A stretch of DNA of 63,024 bases, filler included, from Malassezia furfur (GCA_052055015.1; 10 parts of 10 records of this genome joined end to end with filler, not necessarily neighbours in it); one strand, 5' to 3'. Positions 34,710-45,605 are shown, counted from the whole stretch's first letter. Numbers and translations: made by a program. The notes: generated by a model from the letters alone, not told the origin.

Positions 34710-35248
34710 CTACGTGCGCTCGGGGTTGAGCTTCAGGCCCGACACGTCCACCTCGCCGCCCACAGGCAGGTTGCGGCGGGGGAACTGCTCAAACGCACTG
34801 GGTCAGCCACGGGCGCGCAACGTACGTCAGGTTGATCACGCGGTGCGCGCTCGGCTTCTGCGCATCCTGGATAAGCAGCTGCGACTCGGCCTTCTTCAGC
34901 GCCCAGTCGAGGTGCCGCTGGTTGTTCGCCGCCGTCTCCTCGGCAGAGGTCGAGAGCGACTCAATCATACGCGTAATGGACGACGGCTCGTCGGACGCCT
35001 TCTTGGTACTGGTCAGACGGTATGCCGCCCAGCCGCCCACCGCGGCAAGCAGGCCGTACTTCCACAGCGACGAGTTGAAGCCTGGGTAAGTGCTTTTCCC
35101 ACGCACCCTCAGCCGGGTACTCGGCGGTCTGCGCAGCCGACGTCGGCGCGTGCTCACCACACGCCACGCGCGAGGTATGCAGAGTGCGTGCACTCGCCCG
35201 GAGCGCGGGCGACGCAGCGATACGCGAGCGGAGCGCCAGGATCACCAT
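34710..35248 (-). CDS. Mitochondrial single-TM protein, likely complex I accessory 17.8-kDa (NDUFB5-like) subunit
   Basis: Arg/Ala/Ser-rich presequence and one TM helix. Introns 35082-35106 and 34798-34825 give a contiguous protein ending PVGGEVDVSGLKLNPERT*. Confidence 0.6.
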
Positions 35249-35330
35249 AGTTCGTCGACAGCCGCCCTCGCACGCCGCCGGCCGACCACGCGGTAGGGTC
35301 ACGTGAGACCGTGCCTCGGTCGCGACGGCC

Positions 35331-35741
35331 ATGCAGGTGCGCTGCGTGTTGGGGGGTGCCGCGCTCCTCGCCGTCGTCGCAGCGCACACGCCCGACGCAC
35401 GCGGCGATATGCTGCGCCGCGCCAAGCCGATGTCGCACTTCTCAAACCTCCTCGCTTCGCCGTCCAACGCACATACGCACGGCGTGTATCGCGCCGCACC
35501 GCCGGCACACGCCGTTCACTCCCGCGCACACCTCGCGCCCGCCCCGCCGCGCGACGCACCACGCGCACCGCATGGACCACCACGCAAGCATCTCGCGTCC
35601 GGCGCCGTGATCGGCATCTCGATTGCTTTGGGGCTCGGCGTCGCCTTCCTCGTAGGTTGCATCGCCGTCCTGGGTGCCGTGTGGACACAGACGCATACAC
35701 GCCCGGCACCCTTGACCGCCGCATCAAAACGCGCACAGTGA
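35331..35741 (+). CDS. Small protein with signal peptide and C-terminal transmembrane helix
   Basis: Hydrophobic N-terminus, Pro/His-rich middle, TM segment GAVIGISIALGLGVAFLVGCIAVLGAVW. Confidence 0.55.
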   Translation: MQVRCVLGGAALLAVVAAHTPDARGDMLRRAKPMSHFSNLLASPSNAHTHGVYRAAPPAHAVHSRAHLAPAPPRDAPRAPHGPPRKHLASGAVIGISIALGLGVAFLVGCIAVLGAVWTQTHTRPAPLTAASKRAQ

Positions 35742-35857
35742 CGCGCGCCCCTACCGCATACGAGCGCACGCACCGGTGCGCCGCACGCACTTATCGGATC
35801 CCCCCTCCGCCCCCTCGCCCAAATGTCCACGTGGCGTGGCCCCTGCGCTCGACGACG

Positions 35858-36991
35858 ATGGCGTCCGCCGACGCGCCGCACTGGGGGGCGGCGGGGGCCG
35901 TAGCGGCCCTCGCCGAGCTGATTGTACATACCCTGCTCGTACTTTGCATGATGATGCCCGTGTTTGGCGCGCTGGTCCGCGTGCGCGCCGCCTACCGTCC
36001 CGTGTCGAACGACAGCACATTGTCGGCGTCGGAGACCCACACCGGCGTGCGTGCGTTTGTGCGTGGCCTATTCTCGCACTGGAACGACGTCTTGCACGAG
36101 ATTCGGCACACGCGTAGCGTCGAGGGCGTCCGTGGCCTGTACCGCGGCACGACGGTGGCTCTCGTGCAGATCGTCGGCGAGACGCTCCTCTCGTTCCTCG
36201 TCTACGAGCGCGCTAGTGTGTTAGGGAGCACACTAGGACGCCTGCCGCGCTGGCTGCGCATTGCAGGCTCGTCTCTGGTACTCACACTCATGGACCTGCC
36301 CTTTGAAGTTGTGCTGCAGCGGTACGTCCCCTGTTGCTGACCCAGCACCGTGACCTGTACGCCGCGTGCCGCATGGTGGAACGTGCGTGCGAGCTGTGCG
36401 CAGCTGCTGTCGCGCGACGAGCTGCGTGCGCCGTGGCGACTGTATGCCTTGCCTGGCCTGCTGCCAGCAATGCTCCTGCGCAAGGCGTGGACGATGGGCC
36501 TCCTCCTCGTCTTCCAGGACGCGCTCCTCCCGCGCTTCGTCACAGTCAAGGGTGACGCGTCGCCAGGGCCCGAAGGGCCCAACGTACACACGTTCTCGTT
36601 CAGCTGGGCACATCTCTTCGGCTACGTCGTCTGGAACGGGCTGAGCCTCGTCGTTGCGCTCCCGCTCGACTGTATCATAACGCGGCTCGTCACGCAGCGT
36701 GACACGCAGTCGTATGCGCAGATTGATGCGGAGGACACCCTTGATGCATCGGACGCCCGCGATGCGGAGAACGCGCCGGGCGGTGCGCCGGACGACGACC
36801 GCCGCGAAAGTGCATCCCATGCGCCGTCCGCGGCGCTCGTGCGCCTACGCCCGTCCGGCCGGCCCTACACCGGCGTGTGGGACTGCCTCACCACGATGCT
36901 CGCCGAGGAGGGCCCCACAAGCCTCACGCGGGGCGCCGGCATCGCGCTGGCCGCGCTGCTCCTCGAGCACGCCGCGCCGCCCGGCCAATAG
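35858..36991 (+). CDS. Divergent mitochondrial-carrier (SLC25)-like membrane protein, copy 1
   Basis: EGVRGLYRG, PFEVVLQR, PLDCIITRL, YTGVWDCL...EEG..L.RG. 24-nt intron 36322-36345. Confidence 0.78.
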
Positions 36992-37051
36992 CCACGTGGC
37001 CCCATGTGGGGTCGTGCACGGCCGCGCGGGGCCTGACACGCTGCGTGCACG

Positions 37052-37895
37052 ATGACGGGGGCGTCGACGCTGACGTTCCTGGTGGCGTCCGCGGCGTACG
37101 CCGTGGGCGTTGGTATAGCGTTGTTATGTACGATGCCGTTTTTCGTGTCGATCACACGTTTGCGGGCCAACTACCTGCCCAAGGCCGTATCGCTTACCAA
37201 CGTTCTCAACGAGGGCGAGCTTGATACGATCGAGCACCGCTCCGTGCTGCGCTCGCTGCTCATGCGCACCAAACGCGCCACAGCCAAGATCGGGCCGGTG
37301 GTCGATGGCGTGTTCCCCATGATCGCGCGCACCAAGCGCCTCGAGGGCTGGCGGGGGCTGTACCAGGGCTCGACAATCGTCGCCAGCGGGGTGTTTGTCA
37401 CCTACACCATCGGCGTCATCTTCTTCCTGTCGTCGGTGACCACGATCGACGACGCGATGGCGATGCCGCGCACGCCGTTCGTCTGGGCGGTCGTCTCGGA
37501 GCTGCTGCAGGCGCTCGTCGTGCTGCCGTTCGATGTGGTGCTCAAACGCACCATGGTCCACCCCCGCCGGCTCAACTGGTTCCGGCCGCGCGAGAGTCTG
37601 CGCGAGGTGCTCTCACCCGCGGAGCTGCGGCGGCCATGGCTGCTCTTCCGCCTGCCGGGGCTGCTCCCGGCGATGCTGCTGCGTGTGTCGCTGGTGTCGA
37701 CGCTGTCGCTCGCCGCCAACCGTGCGCTGCTGCCACGCTACGAGCCGCTCGCCCCGTCCGATCCCGCACAGGACGACTTTGAGGGGCCAAGCTCCGCGAC
37801 GACCAAGGCGACCGTGCTGGGGTTCGCGACGTACCTTATCGTGGTCCTCCTCCTCCAGCTGCTCGCCGTGCCGCTCGAGTGCATCGTCGTGCGGC
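37052..37895 (+). CDS. Divergent mitochondrial-carrier (SLC25)-like membrane protein, copy 2; 3' truncated
   Basis: RLRANY, EGWRGLYQG, PFDVVLKR, PW.LF.LPGLLPAMLLR shared with copy 1. Confidence 0.78.
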
Positions 37896-37995
37896 NNNNN
37901 NNNNNNNNNNNNNNNNNNNNNNNNNNNNNNNNNNNNNNNTTAATTAATTAANNNNNNNNNNNNNNNNNNNNNNNNNNNNNNNNNNNNNNNNNNNN
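37896..37995. other. Artificial contig spacer
   Basis: N44-TTAATTAATTAA-N44. Confidence 0.98.
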
Positions 37996-38174
37996 AGGGC
38001 AAGAAGAACAAGGAGCAGTACAGCAGTACCACGAACCGGCAAAAGGCGCGTGGGAAAAACTTCCAGATGGTCGCCAAGAGCTGGGGCGTCCGCAGCAAGA
38101 AGAACGCGTCGCTGCGCGAGAAGAGCAAGCGGCTGCGCAAGCACATCACTACGGCCAAGAAACGCTACAAGTAG
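37996..38174 (+). CDS. SDA1: C-terminal fragment of 60S biogenesis factor Sda1
   Basis: Manual translation SSTTNRQKARGKNFQMVAKSWGVRSKKNASLREKSKRLRKHI...RYK*. Confidence 0.75.
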
Positions 38175-38398
38175 ATAGACCACGTACTCCTTCCCTCGCC
38201 CTTCGCGCTCGTCCGGCGCGGACGCGTTCAGGCCCTCGGATCGGCCCGGCACGCCGCGCGACGATCTCGGCACGATTTAGGAACCCCAATCGGACCCTGC
38301 AGCCGATTCGCTCCACATCCGACGTACCTGCCCGAAACCCACGAGTGGCCCTACTTTGGGTCACCCGGGCGTGGGCCGACGTGCCTTTCCCTCGCACA

Positions 38399-38905
38399 AT
38401 GAGCGCCAATCTGACCTATCCGCAGTTCTTTGAGCGGCTCCGCCAGATCAAGAGCGAAAAGGGGCTCACGTTCGCGGACCTTGCTCAGCAGCTCGGTCGG
38501 GACGAGCTGTTCGTTGCGGCCATGTACGTTCGCACGCGCACTGACCCAGCTTCTATGGCCAGGCGAAACCGGAGGCGGGGGATGTCGAGAACCTGAACAA
38601 GGTCCTCGGCATCGACTACGTCGGCGACTACCTCGGCGAGCACTACTTCCCGGACCGCGGGCAGTTGGACCCGGTGCCTCCACAGGACCCTATCCTGTAC
38701 CGCCTGTTCGAGGCCGTGATGGTGTATGGCCGGCCCATCCGGAGCCTCATCAACGAAAAGGTGTGTGGGCCCACTAACGCAGTTTGGTGACGGCATCATG
38801 AGCGCGATTGATTTCCGCGGCCATGTCGAAAAGGTCGAGGACCCCAAGGGCGACCGCGTCAAAATCACTCTCGACGGCAAATTTTTGCCGTACCGTCGTT
38901 GGTAG
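38399..38905 (+). CDS. CYN1: Cyanase (cyanate hydratase)
   Basis: [43 protein letters not shown] after removing introns 38524-38549 and 38761-38782. Confidence 0.95.
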
Positions 38906-38915
38906 AGCACGACAG

Positions 38916-39228
38916 ATGTACACCACACTACTTCGCAGACGCAACCGCCGGGTGTGGCAAAAGTCCTTGTGGGGCACCAAGTAGAACGCGGCGAGCCGCG
39001 AGGTTTTCGGCACAGGGGGCACCTACCGTGAATGGCTCGTGCGACCTCGTCGCGGCCTAGGGCGGCGAGGACGCTCGAGTCTTGACCGATGCTGCCACAG
39101 AGCCAGACTGGGACCCTCTATGATGCCTTTATGGTATATGGCCGCCGGCCATGTCCAGATTACGCGTGACGGCACATTTGTGCCATGTCGCAACGGGTTG
39201 AGAAGGATCGTAAATGTACACCACTCTA
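38916..39228. ncRNA. Candidate structured non-coding element between convergent genes
   Basis: At least four hairpins and flanking 11-bp direct repeats; no Rfam family recognised. Confidence 0.3.
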
Positions 39229-40665
39229 TCAAAGGGCCTCGCGCTTGACGAGCTCCCACTCGACGCGCAACAAAATCCACACGGTGCGTCGGATGAGCTC
39301 GAGCGCTTCAAGCAGCAAGAGGCCGCGCTGCCACTCGACGAGGTACTGCAAATGCGAGCTGAGCTTGAGCGACCACGTGAAGCGCAGCACGAGGTTCACC
39401 ACAATGAAGCCATAGTACACAGTCGTCGGAAGCGGCAGCGGCTTTTCTGGCACACGAAGAATACTTCCCCGCCGCGCATGTACCGGACGCGCCGAAAGCT
39501 CGACGCCGTCGTCGTCGTTGTCGGCGTGCAAAACATGCGTGCGCGACTCCGAGCGGCGGTGCAGCTCGGGGAGGTGCACGGTGCGGTACGCCATAAACGA
39601 CGAGGGGAGGAGCAGGTCGAGGCCCCAGTCGTTCGTCAGGTCCCACCAGAATGAAAAGAGGGTATTGAAGAGCACGGCCACGAGCCACAGGATCTGTACA
39701 GGGCCATGCATGCTCACAAACAGTGCGTGGTGTCCTGGCTCGCCGGGGACTTGGGTATCGGGCGTCTTGCGCTGCCACGCGCTCAGCCAGATCACAGGGA
39801 ATGCCGAGGCATACTTGAGTGCATTGTACAGCGGGCGCGTCGACCGCGACGTGCGGCCGAGGGGGGAAGAGGTGCGGTACTCGGACAGGCACTGCCGGAA
39901 GCGCACTAGGTACGGCACGCTGATCAGCAGCGGTACGGCAAGACTCGCTTGCTGTGACCACAGCAGACGCTCGGTGACGGGCACACCGTACACCGAGTAG
40001 GCCACCACCACCAACGACAGCCATACATCGCCGAGCACCTTGGCGAAGGAGGTGAGCACGTCGGCAAAAATCACATCAGAAAACTGGATGGTTTGACTCA
40101 ACGAGAGGGAGAAGATGCGGCTGAGCAAGCTGGACATGAGCGTCTACACGTACCGCATCGAGGCGCGCTGGGCGTGCCAAAAGGGATTCGGAATGAACCA
40201 AAAGGCAAGCAGGCCGGCGAGGGCAACGACCTCCCAGCCCTGGGCCATGAGCGTGCGCTCGTGGTTCACGGGGTCCACGCTCGCGCGGTACAGCGCCCAG
40301 CACAGGAGCAGCCACGCAGAGTGTGCACCAGCCAAGACGTAGAGGGCAAAGGCGCCGCTCTCGCGCAAGGTTTCACGCGCGCTTTGGACCGTACGATGCA
40401 CCGGCAAGCGCGACGGTCCTGCATTGCTCCAGATATTCATGCCCCAGTGTTGTAGAACATTGAGATCTGTGCCGAAGCCCACGATGCCTAGGGCGATCAT
40501 GAGCAGGACGCGAAAGATGGGGGGGATGAGCTGCGCAAACGGTGCGTCGTACTCGAGCCACGCCGGGTCCGTTCCTGTACCTGTGGGCACCGTTGCGTTC
40601 TGTGCATGCGCGCATTGTGCGTAGGCTGCGGCCAGCGCAATGAAGAGCCGCAGCGTACTCACCAT
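39229..40665 (-). CDS. ERD1: EXS-family membrane protein (Erd1-like)
   Basis: DVIFADVLTSFAK, RFRQCL.EY, NALKYASAFP, SFWWDLTNDWGL, LRFTWSLKLS. 24-nt intron 40130-40153. Confidence 0.9.
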
Positions 40666-41027
40666 GCCTCGCGGGGTAGCAAATGCGGTCGGTCGGCGTG
40701 GAGGAGTGTAGCCAAATTTCTCGGTAGGGGGGGTGTACCAGCGCGTGATTGGGCGGCACACGGAGGATCGGCGGCGAAGAAAAAACTCGCAAGCGACCGC
40801 CTAGGCGAGCTGGGCCGCCGACGCTGCACCGATAGAGCGGGGCTCGGCCAACGCTCCAACGCGCCGCGCTGGATACCGGCACACCGAGTCTACACAACAC
40901 ACTAGCACCTGGTGCGGAAACGCATACATTTTGTGTCCTGTGTGGGCTTAGGCCGGCAGAGTACATCATCAAGCCATGGGCCAGAGCTATCAAATCCCAA
41001 GCAACCACGCAAGCAACGGGAGGGCGC

Positions 41028-41850
41028 TTAGGCGTCCCGGACCTTGGTGGTACCGCGGTGGAGACCGGTGCGGCGGGCGGCAATGAGACCGACCTTCTGA
41101 CCGGGGACGGAGCCGCGCTTGACGGTCGACGAGTGACCAATGTGCTGGTGGTTACCACCACCGTGCGGGTGGTCAACGGGGTTCATAGCCACACCACGAG
41201 TACGGGGCCAGCTGTTGCGCTTGACCTTGTACTTGTGGTAGGCACGGCCGGCCTTGAGCAGGGGCTTGTCGATACGGCCACCGCCGGCAACCACACCGAT
41301 CGTGGCGCGCGCCGAGCTCGACACGGTCTTCTTGGCACCCGAGGGGAGACGGATGCGCGAGACGTTGTTGTCGGTGTCGTGGCCGATGACGGTCGCGTAG
41401 TTGCCCGAAGTGCGGGCAAGCGTGCCGCGGTCACCCGACTTCTCCTCGACGTTGCACACAATCGTACCCTCGGGGAGCGAGCTCAGGGGGAGCACGTTGC
41501 CGACGCTCAGGAGCGCCTTCTTGCCGCAGTACACAAACTGACCCGTGTGCATACCCTCAGCAGCAATGAAGGTCTCGGTGCGCAGCTGGTAGCGGTAAGG
41601 GTCACGGAACGTCACGCGGGCGAGAGGAGCACCACTGCGGGTCAGCCAAAAGGGTCAAACGTACCGGCCAGCGTCGTGGATGATCTCCTTCACGAGACCA
41701 CGGATGTAGCCGTTGCGCTCGGCGAAGTCGTACGCACGGAGCTTCGCCGGAGCCTTGTTCAGACGCGTGTGAGCCTTGAAGATGCCACCGCTCTTACGCT
41801 GAGCACGGATCACTACATGTTAGCAAGGCGGTGTACGTACCGCGTCCCAT
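41028..41850 (-). CDS. RPL2: 60S ribosomal protein uL2 (L2/L8)
   Basis: MGRVIRAQRK start, [19 protein letters not shown]. Introns 41813-41840 and 41635-41664. Confidence 0.98.
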
Positions 41851-42127
41851 GGTTGTTCGACTCGATGAAGAGAGCCGCGGCGGCGCTCGCGGGCGCTTCT
41901 CTTCGTGCTGCTGCGCCAGGTCACGTGGACAATGTAGTTCTTCACTCGGCCGAATTTGGGACGCACCAAGTGGAGTGCGCGCGCGCGCCGTGCGGGGCTC
42001 CCTTGTGTGCGAGGATGAGCAACCATATCACATTACATACCTATCCGTCCGACACCACAGTGGGGACGTCTTGATTCTGCAATGCTGAGCACACAGGGGG
42101 GAGCATAGGCGATGGCGTTATGTACAG

Positions 42128-43570
42128 CTACAGTGTATAGGGGTATCCAGTCTCGACGACGACCGGTGCATCGTCGCCGTCTTCCCACTCGTCCGCCTCG
42201 TCCTCCTCGTCGAGCACGGCGTCGAGCGACCAGCGGAAACGCGTGTGCGCCGTGGCACTCAGCGCCTTCCACGCACGTAGCAGGGCCTCGTGCGGCGGCG
42301 TGCGCTCGGCCGGCGCCCGCGCCCGCGCGGCCCACGCGCCCAGCGACCGCGCAATGTTGCGCCGCAGCTCGGCGAGGTCGCTGAGCACGCGCGGCTCCGA
42401 CATGGCCAGGCCGCCACTCCATGCATCGGTCGGGAGCGCGCTGAACTGCGCGGTGAGCAGCTCGACGAACGCGATATGCGCATCGAGCTGCGGCTGCGTC
42501 GCAAGCGCCGTGTCCTGCTCCCACTCGCATGGATGCACGTCGTAGTGACTCGGCGCACCAAGACGCGACGAGGCGTGCGCAAAGAGCGTCAGAAGCGCGA
42601 GCCAGTGCTCCAGGGCCGCGGCATTGTTGGCCTGCACAAACAGGACAAACACCAGCTCGGCCTCGCGCAGCAGCGCACCGTACGCCGGCTCGGCGCGCGG
42701 CGCAGGGCGCCGCAGGCGCCGGGCGTAGGTCGCGTCCGCAGCGGCCGCGCGCGCCAGCACGTCCGCAAGGAGCCACGACTTGTCGAAGCGGAAGCGCGTG
42801 CGGTCCACGCCGCGCGCCTCGGGCGGCCAGCTACGGTCCAGGGCAAAGGGGGTGCATTGCAGCGCGACCGCCGAGGCGGCCTGCGGCGCAGGCGCCGCAT
42901 CCTCGTCGGAGGAGGAGGACGCGTCGCTCTCGGTGTCCGACGCAGCGCCCTCGACAAGGATCTCGGGGTCGTCGCGCGCATCGTTCGCGCGGCGGTGCGT
43001 CGTCATCGCCGAGAACTGCACGCCCTCCTGCGCGGTGCTGGGCGTGCGCAGTTCGCGGTCGCTCAGCACGTCGGGGTGCTCGGCGAGCGGCGTGAATGAG
43101 TCGCACGTCGCGTCGGCGCCCCACGGCACGCCAAATACACGCGCAACGGTCGTGCGGTCCGCGTCGAGGTGGCGCGTCAGTGCCGGCCACGCGTCGCTTG
43201 CGTCGTACGGCGCAAGGTGCAGGTCGAGCGTGCGGAGGTGCTCGGGCGCGACGAGGAGGTGAGCGTCGCCGACGCCACTGAGCGTGCGCCACGTATCGGC
43301 CTCGGCGTCGTAGCGCCGGCCCAGTACCTGCTGGGGCTGTGTGTACTGTACGAGGGCCGTGCGCAGCCCCGAGGCGGCCATGCCGTCGTCGGTGCCGGCC
43401 GCCTGCCACGTCAGGCAGTGGACGCCCGGTGGGACGAGCTTGTACCCCTCGAACTTGGTCTCTACCTGCGCGGCCTGCAGGTCCAGGGCGATGTGCGCGC
43501 CGCGCGGCAGGCCCTGCAGGAGCAGCGTGGCGCGCTCCGGCAGCAGGCGCGCGGCGTCTTCGGGCGTCAT
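42128..43570 (-). CDS. AAR2: U5 snRNP assembly factor Aar2
   Basis: FEGYKLVPPGVH, HLAPY, RTRFRFDKSWLL, LLREAELVF, EDGDDAPVVVE. Confidence 0.88.
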   Translation of the reverse strand: MTPEDAARLLPERATLLLQGLPRGAHIALDLQAAQVETKFEGYKLVPPGVHCLTWQAAGTDDGMAASGLRTALVQYTQPQQVLGRRYDAEADTWRTLSGVGDAHLLVAPEHLRTLDLHLAPYDASDAWPALTRHLDADRTTVARVFGVPWGADATCDSFTPLAEHPDVLSDRELRTPSTAQEGVQFSAMTTHRRANDARDDPEILVEGAASDTESDASSSSDEDAAPAPQAASAVALQCTPFALDRSWPPEARGVDRTRFRFDKSWLLADVLARAAAADATYARRLRRPAPRAEPAYGALLREAELVFVLFVQANNAAALEHWLALLTLFAHASSRLGAPSHYDVHPCEWEQDTALATQPQLDAHIAFVELLTAQFSALPTDAWSGGLAMSEPRVLSDLAELRRNIARSLGAWAARARAPAERTPPHEALLRAWKALSATAHTRFRWSLDAVLDEEDEADEWEDGDDAPVVVETGYPYTL

Positions 43571-43584
43571 GGTGGAGGTGGAGG

Positions 43585-44183
43585 CTACGACGAAGCGAGC
43601 GGCTCTACGTGCAGCTCGCACAGGGAGCGCTGGTTCTTCCACTCAGGTCCCTGCGTGACGCGGGCGACCGGGGTATCGTTGCCCTCCGCGACGCACAGGG
43701 CGTCCTGGATGGAGCGCACGAGCTCAACACGCTGTGCATCCTCCGGCGTGCCAGGGTACACGCGGCGTGTGCCCTTCTTGGAGAGGATCACGGCGTGCAC
43801 CTTGTGCCCCCTTGCGAGATCCTTGCGCGCACGCGAGAGCTTGTGTGCGAGGTCGTTGCCGGACACGCCCCACGTGAGCTGCATGTCCTTGGTGGTGGTC
43901 GGAGCGGCGTGCGTCGCCGCGCGTTTCTTGGCCTCGCGCTGCTTTTGGTACTCGTCGCGCTTCGAGACCAGCTTGCACACGGGCAGCTCGTCCATCGTCC
44001 ACGACGCAGCCTTGGCCGCCTGGGCGGCCGCGGCGCCCGGCGCGACCTGGACGAGGGCGAAGGCCTTGCGGTCGATTTTGGCGACAATGTCTCCCGGCTT
44101 GAACGGCCCCGTGACCTTGCCCGAGTGCGGGTCGACGAGGCGGACGAGCGGTGCGCGGATCGCCTCGTCACGCGGCGCCTCCG
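43585..44183 (-). CDS. Mitochondrial translation initiation factor 3; 5' truncated
   Basis: RRDEAIRAPLVRLVD, PVCKLV, KDMQLTWGVSGNDLAHKL..AR..LARGHKV. Confidence 0.8.
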
Positions 44184-44283
44184 NNNNNNNNNNNNNNNNN
44201 NNNNNNNNNNNNNNNNNNNNNNNNNNNTTAATTAATTAANNNNNNNNNNNNNNNNNNNNNNNNNNNNNNNNNNNNNNNNNNNN
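44184..44283. other. Artificial contig spacer
   Basis: N44-TTAATTAATTAA-N44. Confidence 0.98.
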
Positions 44284-44495
44284 CCGACGCACACGCGGCC
44301 GCCGACGCGCAGGCCGCGGGGCCGCAGCGTGTGCTCGACGCGGCAGCAAAAGGTGCGCTGCATACGTGGCTCGCGGACGTCGACCGCGCGGCCGAGGACG
44401 CCGAGGCGGCGCTCGGTGTGCCGACGGCCGAGGCGTTCCGCACGACGTACGAAGGCATCGCGCCGCAGACCAACGGGCTTGCTGTACAGTGGTAG
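44284..44495 (+). CDS. C-terminal fragment of an unidentified gene
   Basis: Open frame ending EAFRTTYEGIAPQTNGLAVQW*. Confidence 0.5.
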
Positions 44496-44498
44496 AGG

Positions 44499-45605
44499 CT
44501 ATCGGAAGAAGGGCCGAATGATGAGGAGCGCGACGAGCAGCGCAATGCACAGCACGAGCAGCAGCATGAGCTGCCGGCGGCCCGAGCCGGCCTGGTAGTG
44601 CATCGCCTGCGTGAGCTGCACCGTAGACTGCTGCATGTTCGTCGCCATGGTATCGATGTTGTAGTCGATGCGGTCGAGCATCGTGCCCTGCTCGATCACC
44701 ATCGCCGACAGGTCCTGGAAGAGCTGCGCGAGCTCGCTGATCGACTGCGCAATCTGCGTGATTTCGCGGTCGCGCTCCTGGATCGCCGCAAGGTCCGAGT
44801 CCTGCGTGTCGAGCAGGAGCGAGGTCTGCATCCCCGACTGGCTCTGCAGCTTTTTGGACTGTGTCAGTGCGCCACGTACCAGCTCCATGTCCTCCTGTGC
44901 CATCTCGCTCGACAGCAGACTCGCCGCGTGGGGGTCGGCGACCGCGCGCTTCTCTGCGTCCTGCACCTCCATGCCCTGCAGGCGCCGCAGGTACAGCGAC
45001 TGCTTCCGGCGGAACAGCGAGGACATCTGCTGCACACGCGTCGCGAGCGCCGTCTGCGCGTTGCGCGCCGCAGTGATCTCGTGGCCCTGCAGCGTCTTTG
45101 TGCGCATGGCCTGCGTCGTCTGCGACGCCAGCCGCGCAATGTGCTGGCTCGCGCGCCGGAAGTCGGACGTGATCTCAGACGTGAGCGACTCGATCTGCCG
45201 CTCCTGCTCCGTCTTGTCCACAAAGCCCGGCAGGAGGTGCTTGGCGTGCAGCCGGTCGAGCTCGGCGAGCTTCGGCGTCATGCTCTCGAGCAGTGCATCC
45301 ACCTCCTCGGACACATCCATCCACGCGGGCGGAAGCTTGTTGCTGGACGGCATCGAGAGCGACACGGCATCGCCGCGGGGCCGCAGCTCGCCCGCCGCAT
45401 CAAAGTAGACGCGCTCGCCGCGCGACGCGGGGCCATCGTCGCCCAAAAGCGGCGCCGTCGTCGTATGTCCTGGCGCCAGCGAGTCGCGCACGCTCAGGAA
45501 AAGCAGAGTACGCGACCGCGTCACGCCGATGGCCGAGCTCGCGCCCGTGGGGGTATAATAACTCGCGGCGCTGCTGCTCTCTGCAGGCGTTCCGGGACGA
45601 AACAT
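44499..45605 (-). CDS. TLG2: t-SNARE Tlg2/syntaxin-16
   Basis: TRSRTLLFLSVR, LPPAWMD, KHLLPGF.D, EQGTMLDRIDYN, C-terminal TM. In-frame 21-nt intron 44859-44879. Confidence 0.94.
   Translation of the reverse strand: MFRPGTPAESSSAASYYTPTGASSAIGVTRSRTLLFLSVRDSLAPGHTTTAPLLGDDGPASRGERVYFDAAGELRPRGDAVSLSMPSSNKLPPAWMDVSEEVDALLESMTPKLAELDRLHAKHLLPGFVDKTEQERQIESLTSEITSDFRRASQHIARLASQTTQAMRTKTLQGHEITAARNAQTALATRVQQMSSLFRRKQSLYLRRLQGMEVQDAEKRAVADPHAASLLSSEMAQEDMELVRGALTQSKKLQSQSGMQTSLLLDTQDSDLAAIQERDREITQIAQSISELAQLFQDLSAMVIEQGTMLDRIDYNIDTMATNMQQSTVQLTQAMHYQAGSGRRQLMLLLVLCIALLVALLIIRPFFR

Noticed and set aside
40900..40975. TGATGA (box C-like) on the minus strand downstream of RPL2
   Set aside because: No downstream CTGA box D or terminal stem found; likely RPL2 3' UTR.
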